A stretch of 63,954 nt of DNA, counting the filler, from Craspedostauros australis (taxonomy: Eukaryota): NCBI GenBank assembly GCA_030167865.1. It is 10 parts of 10 records of this genome, joined end to end, with 100 filler letters (N's around TTAATTAATTAA, not from the genome) between each part and the next. Parts side by side here need not be neighbours in the genome. Positions count along the whole stretch, not along the records: positions 3,656 to 33,752 come from JALAGF010006180.1; 9 more parts are not named here. One strand, given 5' to 3'. The position numbers were made by a program, and so were the translations under genes. Below, piece after piece: positions 23,855 through 33,851 of the stretch. Numbering within the stretch: position 1 is the stretch's first letter; each line of letters begins with the position of its first letter. Under the pieces are notes generated by a model. That model saw only the letters and a list, made by a program, of their open reading frames with translations. It searched no databases and was not told where the DNA came from.

Positions 23855-24961
23855 ATGTCCGAACACCAACCCAAACCATCACAGGTGGCATCCGCATTCG
23901 GCCACGATGGCAAGGCAGTCAATGGTGTCCATGCCGCGAACACGAGGAAGCGAGCCAACGAGGGCAGTGGCGCTGCCTTTGCAATGCGATCGCCACCAGC
24001 AAAGTGCGTGCGTTCCAAGAGAGTTTGCATGAACATGAACGGTAGCAACACCAACAGCAGGAACAGCAACCAACCACGGGCCAACGACAAGCGTTTAAAC
24101 AGTGACAAGGCGCAACGCGTCAACAACAACACTATTTCCGTCCAAGACGTGTTCGGCGCGCAACAGGAACTTAAACAACGGATGGTTACCAAACCGGACT
24201 ACTCCCCCACCTTCCCCACGCTTGCGACCGGCGAGCAGCCATTGCCAACAGCGTCACTGTCTTCCACATCGGCGGCACCACCTGCGTCATCGTCTGTGCA
24301 ATACCAAGCCATCGAGCACGCGATCTACGGCGACGCGCGCGTCACGGCGGGAGCATCGTACGAACTGACCTGCCACTTGCTCAAGGAGCTGCGCGGCATG
24401 AAGCAAACCCAACACGAGATGCAGGCAACGCAGAACGAGCTCATGATGCACGTGCAGCAGCTCACAGCCAAGACACGCAACGAGGATATCTTCCGCAAGA
24501 ACCGCCGCGCCTTCCGCATGGCCATCAGCGCCACGACGCAGAAAATGCCTTTGGCTCCCATCCTCAAGATGACGTCCGGAAACGGCAATCCGCTGCCCGG
24601 CATGTCCAACCGCTACGCGTACGGCGGCGAACCGGCCTCCGTGGGCACCCTCGTGCCGCAGGAACACTTTCCGCGTCGCGTCTACGATACCAAGCACTGG
24701 AATCACAAGCAGATCAGCTGGCTTGTGACGTGGCTCAACGAAGACTTTGGCATCGTGGCTGGCGATTCCAACGAAATCAAGCGCAAGAAGTTCATCGCAT
24801 ACATTTGCGGCAATCGTATGGAGCATGAGGACGATGAATCCGACGGAGACGACGATAATGGTGGCGGTAGCGGTGGTACCAACAGCACTAGCGGCAATGG
24901 CAGCGACAGGAGAAAGAGCACCGGCAGTCACAAGGACCACACGAAGAAAGCGGGCAGGTAA
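23855..24961 (+). CDS. Hypothetical protein (368 aa), coiled coil plus possible Mug135/DUF1773-like C-terminal domain
   Basis: Long ORF with coding-like composition. Coiled coil LLKELRGMKQTQHEMQATQNELMMHVQQL. FP...LVTWLNEDFGIVAGDS...RKKFIAYI resembles Mug135-like domains (recalled, not searched). Confidence 0.75.
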   Translation: MSEHQPKPSQVASAFGHDGKAVNGVHAANTRKRANEGSGAAFAMRSPPAKCVRSKRVCMNMNGSNTNSRNSNQPRANDKRLNSDKAQRVNNNTISVQDVFGAQQELKQRMVTKPDYSPTFPTLATGEQPLPTASLSSTSAAPPASSSVQYQAIEHAIYGDARVTAGASYELTCHLLKELRGMKQTQHEMQATQNELMMHVQQLTAKTRNEDIFRKNRRAFRMAISATTQKMPLAPILKMTSGNGNPLPGMSNRYAYGGEPASVGTLVPQEHFPRRVYDTKHWNHKQISWLVTWLNEDFGIVAGDSNEIKRKKFIAYICGNRMEHEDDESDGDDDNGGGSGGTNSTSGNGSDRRKSTGSHKDHTKKAGR

Positions 24962-25182
24962 ATTGCAAACACTACGGCTGCGAAGAGCAACAAATGATGG
25001 TGGCGGATGGCGCTGGACGTCCATTGATCGCTCTTGCGAAGGGAGGCAGGTGTGATAGGTGCGATTCCATCAAAGAGCATAAGTCGCGGCAGCGTATTTG
25101 TATGGTACAAGCCAAGAGTCAAATGATTGACATCGAGCACGAATAGTATCTAGAGAGACAGAGAGAATAGTTGCGTCCTACT

Positions 25183-27490
25183 TTACACCAAATTGTTCCA
25201 ACTCTCTGGCCACATGTCATCAGGAACGAAGAGCTTGTGTCGGAATGCTCCTGTCAGATGCCAGTCCTGCGAAAATGCCGTGTCGTACAGAAAGATGGCA
25301 CTCTCTTCGAAACCGGACACCACCACATGCTCGCTCGATCTCGAGCGAAGTTGCACAGTGTATGTGTGTGACGACGACGACGACGACGACGTGCGGTGTC
25401 GTTGTAGCACTGTGCAATGCACACGATGGTCTGTGGGCCGGACAACCGGTAGATACGAGTAGAGCACGTTGTTCATCTGTGAACCTGCCTGTTTTTTGCG
25501 AAATGATTCATAACACATTGTACGCAAATTCGGCGGATACGGGTCCTGCTCCAATTCTTCCTCGGTGAGAAAGTACCGCGGACGCTCGTACTGCGATGAA
25601 TGCACGTAGGATGCAGAATCGAGCGGAGGCTGCCATTGGGCGACGTGCCGATTCCAAGCTGCTTCCCACTCTGGACCATAATCCATAAAGATCTCCTCCC
25701 CTTGGCCAATGTCCCGCGTTGCAACGTAATCGAAGGACAGGCCGATGTTCTCGTTGGCATTGGCAAGAAATTCGACATCCTGCTGCAACCAATCGGGCTT
25801 GTGCGCGATCAATTCTCGATCCGGCCATTGGATGCGCACGTTGATGCTGCTCGGATTTGGATTGTGGTTGATGTAGTTCACGATTCCGCCGTACGGTGTC
25901 AAAAGGACGGTGGAATTGCGATGTCCGAAGCTGTAGTTGGTCACGAGGTCGGGCTTGGTGTGCTCATGCGATTTGGGTTCGCTATTTCGCACGCCATCAT
26001 GGGGCACTTCCAATAGATCCTTGCCTTGTTTCGCGATGTGGATCAGCGGCGCGTAGCCTACGATTGTTCCCTTGGGCAGATCCCTGGTAGCGAATGCACC
26101 ACGACCTGCATGTGGCAAAGTGGAATCATCCGGGTGCATGTGATCCTGGCACTTGCCATACTGTTGCAGCCATTCCAGAGATCGGCGGCCTTTCTTCTCA
26201 ATGAAATGCCGCGATGTGGAACTCTGGCGTTTGCTCTCGTTTGATGCCATTTGCTGCTGCTGGCCTTGTTGCTCCTTGCGCTGTGCTGCCTGACGCTGTT
26301 GGACGACACTCCATTCTTCATGCGGTAACACCGAAAAGGACGCCGAGCGTGGTTGTGGAAAGGACTTCATCAGCCGCCACAAGCGTTCAATGTGGCCATC
26401 GTCCAGCTCCGTTGGATGCCTTGCTCTCATCTGCTGCACCCACTCGTCGTACTGCATCATGAACGCATCCGCATCATCCAGATGCTCATCCAACGTCACG
26501 GCGACATCCGGTATCGTCGGTATCCATCCGTGCCCGTAGGATGCAAACAGCTCGGACCCACTCGCGACGGACTGCGTGGTCCTTGTGATAGCCGAATGGT
26601 ACGGTGAGAAGGCTCCAGCGCCCGGGTCCGATCGCGGTACGTTGGCGGTGCCGTATTGAGTCTCGAAGACTGATTCGATGTTGTTCATGTCCAGCAATGA
26701 ATTGACGGTACAGCCCACGCCGGGTATGAAGACGGACTTCGTTTGGGAGCGGTCCAAGTCATTGTAGCTCTCGATGTTGACCGTCTTTCCTTTCCATATG
26801 TACCGATCCCACAACGATCCATCACGGTTGAATTCAGTGGGATGCTTGGCCCTTCGTCGGAGAAGTGAGGGTTGGTGTGTACACGAATGTTGAGAGCAGT
26901 ATGCATGGGCCCAGTACAGTTCGTAGGATTGGTTACCATAGGCATGGTTGTGAGTGAATGAGGTAATAAGTGAGTGGTTTGTTCGGAATGGCAAAACGGA
27001 ATAAACAGCAAGGCAGGATAGCAACAGGGCAGAGTACGCGTTGTGCACAATGCAATCATCATCAAAGCTTCTGCGCTGTCCAGAGCCACTCTTTGCAAGG
27101 TGGATCGCATTCTGGAATAGCACTATCCATCCCACTGGTCATGAAACCACGAACTCTACTCGTAACGTACCATCCGCGAAATAGCAGAGGGATGGCGATG
27201 TCGGGGAAGTTGATCGTCTCATTCATCCCCAAATCCTTGCCTGTGAAGATGCCCAGGTTCGTGAAGTCTCCCAACGTGGACGGCGCCATATACACCCCGC
27301 ATTCCACCTCCCTCGCGCTGCCTGCCGCCGGCGATGAAGAGCACGTGCCCTCATCGCTGCCGCCGTCGACGCATTCCTGCTGTGCCAAGGCGGGTTTGCT
27401 GCAGGCAATCGCAGCCGCAATCAGCGAAGCCACAGTCCACCAGGTCACCAGCATCACGTCCTTTGCTGAGAAGATTGTGCAGCGCCTCAT
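25183..27490 (-). CDS. Signal-peptide-bearing SET-domain protein (diatom-type), 2 exons, ~662 aa
   Basis: Exons 27490-27171 and 26851-25183. The GTACGT...AAG intron restores frame (GW-AKH). Hydrophobic N-terminus ending ALA-QQ. SET motifs AGRGAFATRDL, NYINHN, ATRDIGQGEEIFMDYG, plus a degenerate N-terminal SET-like copy (LGIFTGKDL, TVNS, ELFASYG). Confidence 0.85.
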
Positions 27491-30469
27491 CCCGTCACCT
27501 CTCCAACATTGTGCGGCAGTTTAAAGGCTTGAATATTGCAGAATACAATCGTGAAGTGGAGCAGCAGAGTCGGCAGCACAAGCACGAGTAGTCTGGTATG
27601 CTGATGGTATCGTATCGTGCGAGAAGGTATCAGGAACAATGGAGGTTCCGTCCGCAAATGGCGAATGCTGTCGCCGTCATTTGTTGCGGTGATCACTGTT
27701 TGTGCGAGAATTTCAACGCGTGTCGTTGACAAGATCTCGTTCTTGCGTCACTCCTTATTCATGTTTATTATATCATCGCCGCAACTCCTATAGAGATTCG
27801 ATCGCATGAATCAAGTTTCATGTTGATTCGATATCTTGTTTCGTTTTGCATTCTATGTTGCGACTGGTCACTAAAATGGCCTCATGAATTGTCATCTCGG
27901 AGTCATCACCCACGAGTGGAGGCAACAAAAAGTGAGAGCATCTGGGTCGGCATCTGCACAACCAACCATCTGGATTTGGCGGGCTGACGAGCAGCCATCT
28001 TGAGTGCGGAATGTCCGTGCCGGGCATCCTCCCCGGCCACAAGCGGCCATCAGGGGGATTTGCAACCCGCAAGGCCTCCTACAACCATGCCGATCGCCGA
28101 TCGGGGGTTCCCAACAAGAGCGACTGACCATGCCGGCTGATTGTTCGGATGGTCTCTGCGAACGCCACTCCGATGGACGGTCCGTCGCAGACAAGTTGCG
28201 GGCAAGGTCGCGGCAGCCCTATCATCATCATACTCGCGCTCGAGTATCATGGAGCAGATTGATCGGTAGCATTTACGAAACAAACCCCATGGTTGGCTTC
28301 GGACGGTTTTGACGTGTTGGCGCCTTTCGGTGGTGAGATCGACGTGAGGGGCAGAAGCAATGAGACACTCGAGCACCACAGATATTGAACAACGACGAAG
28401 TCGATGCTACTCTACCATGCATGCATGCATGCATGCATACATACACTACTTTGCTCCACTCTGCTCCGCTCGATTTGGACCACCGACTTTCACATCTTTC
28501 GCCAGTTGTGGAGCGACTGGTGCACTATCCTCGTCAACGACTACTATACTCCGCAATAGAGTCGCGCAGAGTAGAGCGCTGCAAATGCACAACTACACTA
28601 GTACACTACTAGTACGAGTACAACAGGAATGTCCATCAATACGTGACGACTACACGTGGCGCTTGGCTTCAACGACGTCGAGGTTGCGTTGATCGTGGCT
28701 CTGGACGACTCTGCAGCATTGTATGCCATCGAGAATGTTCCTTGGTCATGGAGAAACGCCACGAAATCCATCACAATCCGAACGGCCTGTCACGCACATC
28801 ATCAAAGCACAGAAAGTCAATCGTCGCTTCCATCATGCAGGTGACGACCGTTGTCATGAACATCTGGTGCGTGGCTGTTGTTCAATCCATCGACCAATCG
28901 CCGGAGCTTTGTTACCCAGCCAGCCCTCCCTGATGGTGCGTCTTCAGATTTATGATCGATCTCCCCAAGGTGCGAACGCAGTCTTGAGTCATTCACTCCA
29001 TCCTCCCTTCCGTCGTTGGTTTGGCGTGGCACGGCCTATGGTATTGTGGCTCGTAGTGTATGTATTATGTTTCTCATCCGACGGTCAAGAGATCTGCTTG
29101 TTCTTCTTCTGCTGGTTTTCATCTGCCGCCTGGCGTGGTGCCGGAGACCATTTCTCACTTCCCTTTTGTGTTCTTTGCAACGTATAGAGCGTTGGCGGTG
29201 CTGCGGTGGCGTGGCGACGCGGTAACATGATCACTTGAAGGCGTCGAACGACGGCAGGTTCTTTCATCTTGGACATGTGTTGGCGCGTTTGGTGATCGAC
29301 AAGAACACCATCAGTTCTTCGTGACTTCGAGTACAACACAGCCCGAACAGCGGCGGCGATCCGCGCAGAAACAGCAAAGCGCCAATACCAGCACATTCGT
29401 CTTTCAACGGACGCTTCGACCATCACGAAACATCACGGACGGTGACTTTGTGAGGCCCCACAGTCATTCCATGGGCGCGATGGGGTTCGTGTTGGACAAC
29501 AGTTCAGTGTCTTTGCCTCTCAAGCGATGATCCGAATAACGGAGGAGGTGTCCAGGACAGCATAAGTGTTGTGCAGACCTGCGCGCGTCGCGTCGCGTGA
29601 AACACTTTTTGCCCACGTCGAACAGTCGCGGAGTCTTGGTTGAGGTGTCAATCCAATAAATCCCAACCCATTTTGCCTCATTCTACAAGACACAAGTCAT
29701 CAGTGCGGCATGCAAACACCTCCGGCGGATTGTCCGCGCCAAACGCAAAGTCCGTCTTCACATTTTGCCGCCCAAGGCACATCACAAAATGAGTTGTGCC
29801 CAAAACTGTCGATCAACACTCTCCTCTCTGGCGGCAGGAGGGAAGGAAGCACACAGCGAAAGCAATCACGCCCTTCACATCCATCACGATCAAACACTTT
29901 CATCGCTCACATGCATTCGCACCGTCTCCGCATCCCATGTCGAATGGCACAACCAAGACCAACCCGATGGCATCTAATCGCTCATCACAAAGTTGGTGAG
30001 ACCCCTTGCTCCATCAAAACGCGAAAATCTGCAGTACGATCCTACCTGCGATCTACGGAGACGAGCATGCTAGCGCAGATTGAGATGGTCGAAGAGGGAG
30101 GCGAGCGAACGCGCACCTGGTGTAGATTCAATACCGTTCGTTACCTTGGGAGAGCAGCATGCGACGGCCATCCGTGAGCATCTCCGGTACAGAACCTGCG
30201 ACAGCTCTACGCTCACTCTCCGGTGGCTCCGCTCCAACCTCATCCCAACTTTCCAACGACCCCGTGGCAATCCATAGTAACTTCGCGATGCTCCCATCGG
30301 ACGCTCGCTGTGAACCATGCAATAGCCGCATGAATCCTCACTTTTGGATTCTCGGCAACATCTTCTGCTCACAATCTCAACTTCTCAGCAAGTAACAACC
30401 AAACCAAACCAAGCCATAATCGCACTCGCAACCAACACACCAAACACCAAATCAAACAACTATCCCACC

Positions 30470-31189
30470 ATGCCACGCTTCACCTCCGTCATCCTCTCCG
30501 TCCTCTCCGCCGCGGCCCTCCTCGCCACCAGCACCACCTCCTTCGCGGACGCTTCCATCGTGGTCAACTGCACCCCAGCAGATGGACCCAATGACAAGTG
30601 CACCGTCAATGACCTCGCCAACCTGCGCGAGAAGATCCTCAAGATGAGCAAGACCTGCGCCAGCGAAGGTTCTGCGCACAAGTTCGACGACACCGACCTC
30701 AGCGGCGAGCCGCACTGGGTGAAGTCTGCGTTCCCCATCGGCACCCGCCGCAGTTTGGCCGACGCCAAGACAGGACTCCGTGGCGGCGACGCCCCCAAGA
30801 CTGAAGCCCTCAAGATCAACCCAGAAGTGGCCGCCCGCTTCGAAGAAGCCATGGGCCCCCAGGGCCAACGCAAGCTCCAGCAGGTGTGTCCAACCTGGGT
30901 GTGGCCGATGTGCCTGACCACCGACCCGAACACGCAGTTCACATGCTGCGCCTACCTTGGCGCCGTGTGCGTCTACTGCGCCGGCTACGAGCCGGGCCGC
31001 CGCATGTTGGGCGGAGAAGAGGAGACCGTGTTCGAGGCGGAAGCGCCAGTCGAATCTATTGTCACGTACATGCCCAACATGGCCGACGCTTGCACACAGC
31101 AGTTCCAGGAAATCATCAAGACCAACACGGACTGCTTGGGACCACCAGAGGAGGCCAAGTGCCACATCATGGACATCATCACCGCCTAA
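30470..31189 (+). CDS. Secreted Cys-rich precursor protein (239 aa) with R/K-x-L processing sites
   Basis: ATG in CCCACCATG context, signal peptide MPRFTSVILSVLSAAALLATSTTSFA, strong C-ending codon bias, RRSL/RKLQ/RRML motifs, 12 Cys. Confidence 0.85.
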   Translation: MPRFTSVILSVLSAAALLATSTTSFADASIVVNCTPADGPNDKCTVNDLANLREKILKMSKTCASEGSAHKFDDTDLSGEPHWVKSAFPIGTRRSLADAKTGLRGGDAPKTEALKINPEVAARFEEAMGPQGQRKLQQVCPTWVWPMCLTTDPNTQFTCCAYLGAVCVYCAGYEPGRRMLGGEEETVFEAEAPVESIVTYMPNMADACTQQFQEIIKTNTDCLGPPEEAKCHIMDIITA

Positions 31190-32410
31190 ACCTCGGGTCG
31201 CTTCTCCGCCCGCGAGCAGATGGATGGGCGGAGCAATGAGTGAATGTGCAAAGTGCAAAACGCATGCACCATGCTTCACGAAAGAGCAGCCAGCCATATC
31301 CCAATACAAATATTGTACACTTCGATAAATATACTACAACTAATAGATCATCTTATTCCAAGCCAGCATTCTTTTGTACGAGTACACTCAAAGTAGAATG
31401 CGTGTACTCTTTCACTACTCTGCGGGGATATGCCCCGCACTCATACCGCTCGTACGGAAACAACAGAAATTGATGAAGGAACAGATCCACATCAATGAAA
31501 CTGTCCATACCGCGATCAGCTATCTGCTGCTACAGGGTTGAATGGCGCTCCTTGGTATCCACGATACATCACCAGTGAGAACGACAGGTGGCAGGGCCGC
31601 AAGGCGCCAGACGCATCGAACGCCATGCAGTGACATGTCATGGCGCATTTCGCAAGATCGTTTGTGCTCGGTCGGCTTCTGACGCAGGTTCCCCTTTGTC
31701 CTCGACAGGATCATGATCGCTTCTCGGATACTTTTGCGCTGAGCGCTCTTCTTCGATTGGCGACGTGCGTTGGCTTGGTTTCCCGCCAGTTCTCGGAGGA
31801 CAGGAGTGGGTTCATTCTCCAATCTTTGCCTTTGTCCTTCCGACCAGCCTCGTCATTCGCTCTGTGATAGCTTGCACGAGGCTGAATCAACCCCAGAAGC
31901 GCAATGAGAGAGAGAGAGAGAGAGAGAATGGTACGTACGTGCGCACAACCGATCGTAGACGCGCAAATAGACGCGTGAGACGAATCTCGACTGTTTTGAG
32001 AACATTGGCGACAATTGTGAATGATCGGAAGCACCCGAGCATCGCCAAATCAACCAAGAATCAAGAGCCACAAAGAATGACAAACGTTCCAAAAGCGCAC
32101 GGCCGTGGGCCCAGGCACTCATGAGGGCTTCACTTGTGCCGCGATTGTATCGTCAGCCTGCGAGCAGAGCTGTTCTTCGCCCGAGAGGCGCAAGCGATTC
32201 GCCTGTTCATTGCTCGGCCCCAATCATCCCCCCATGCGTAGGTCGTACTCGTACTCGTACTCGTGTGTGTGTGTGTGTGTGTGTGTGCTGCGGCACAGGT
32301 TCCGCAGCACCATCCATGATGATCGATTTCGACTGGTTTCCATCCTTCCTGATGTTTGCGCCACAATCTCTCCTCTGTTCTGTTTTGTGACCACGAAATG
32401 GCGAAACCAG

Positions 32411-32490
32411 GGACACCCGGCAAAATGGGTCGAATTAGTCTATCTTGGAGGCTACTGACCCAGCCAATCAAAACTCGTTGTTTTTGCGAT
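32411..32490 (+). mobile_element. Terminus of a Harbinger-like element (TIR GGACACCCGGCAAA after CAG)
   Basis: Identical to 32965-33044 but with a different left flank. Related termini at 39651 and 39779. Confidence 0.7.
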
Positions 32491-32540
32491 NNNNNNNNNN
32501 NNNNNNNNNNNNNNNNNNNNNNNNNNNNNNNNNNNNNNNN

Positions 32541-32964
32541 TGTCACACAGAGATTCCTGAGGCCAACCTCAACACAAAAGATAAAACGATGAAGGGCTTT
32601 ACATTCTTCATGATTGCGCACTACTTTCTGTGGCTTTATCCCAAAAACTCCGGCGTCATTGCGTCTCGGTTCTGTGTGTGTGAGCGATACGCACGAGGAG
32701 AACACATCTGGCGATGGGTGAAAAAAATTGCCGCGCTTCGGACGAAAAAGATCGTGTGGGATTCGTCTCTGGACCACCCCGACTCCTCTGTTTTCGCCAT
32801 CACGGTTGATGGCACTGATTTCCGCACTTGGGAAAAAAAGCACCCGACTCTGCCAATTGATCGCGCGCAGTACTCACACAAGTTTAACCACGGCGCGGTC
32901 AAGTACGAGATCGCGCTTTCTGTCTTCTCTTCCAAATGCGTGTGGATCAGTGGGCCATTTCCTG
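32541..32964 (+). mobile_element. PIF/Harbinger (DDE_Tnp_4-like) transposase fragment, interrupted by an insertion
   Basis: FAITVDGTDF...YSHKFNHGAVKYEIALS...VWISGPFP. Homology ends exactly at the CTG|GGACACCC insertion. Confidence 0.85.
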
Positions 32965-33354
32965 GGACACCCGGCAAAATGGGTCGAATTAGTCTATCTT
33001 GGAGGCTACTGACCCAGCCAATCAAAACTCGTTGTTTTTGCGATGACAAAAGATCCCGCAAGAGGAATGTTCTCGAATCAAATTTTCGTTCTCAGGAACT
33101 CTTTGAAGGTCATAGCTTCCAGTTTTATTTATGGGTATTTCATGGAGAAACTCCGAAAATGACTCTACAATACTGTGTCTTGATTTAATCCCGACCAGTC
33201 GTGCGAAAACCGAACCCTTGATTTAAATAGCCGTCATTCGATTTATTTATCCGTCATTCGATTTAAATATCCGTCATTCGATTTTAATATCCGTCATTCG
33301 ATTTATTTATCCGTCATTCGATTTTAATATCCGTCATTCGATTTATTTATCCGT
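32965..33354 (+). mobile_element. Harbinger-like element inserted in the transposase, with a 20-bp subterminal array at 33220-33354
   Basis: TIR after CTG. About 6.7 copies of ATTTA(A/T)(A/T)TATCCGTCATTCG running into a gap. Confidence 0.7.
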
Positions 33355-33851
33355 NNNNNNNNNNNNNNNNNNNNNNNNNNNNNNNNNNNNNNNNNNNNNN
33401 NNNNNNNNNNNNNNNNNNNNNNNNNNNNNNCGGACTAGTTCGACTAAACGAGGTTCTCGTCACATCGCGATTGATGAAACGGAAACAGACCAACAGACCA
33501 CGAATACAAAGACGGGGCTTGACGAGAGCAACACATGATGCTCCCGCGCTCGTTTCGGATGGCCAAGCCAGGCAAAACCACTCCACAACATCAAGTATCA
33601 ACGTAGTGTAGCGAACGCGATACAAATGCAATACACACCGATGCGCGCATGTGTTGCATCCTACATCGCTTTAGACCAGTGTGATGTCATGCTCATTTCG
33701 TCTGTTCTGCACTCGGTTTTGCGGTATCAGTGAAGGTGTCTCTTTGTTCGAANNNNNNNNNNNNNNNNNNNNNNNNNNNNNNNNNNNNNNNNNNNNTTAA
33801 TTAATTAANNNNNNNNNNNNNNNNNNNNNNNNNNNNNNNNNNNNNNNNNNN

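Noticed and set aside
27800..30300. Numerous short overlapping ORFs
   Set aside because: No codon bias or recognisable motifs; likely intergenic or regulatory sequence between divergent genes.
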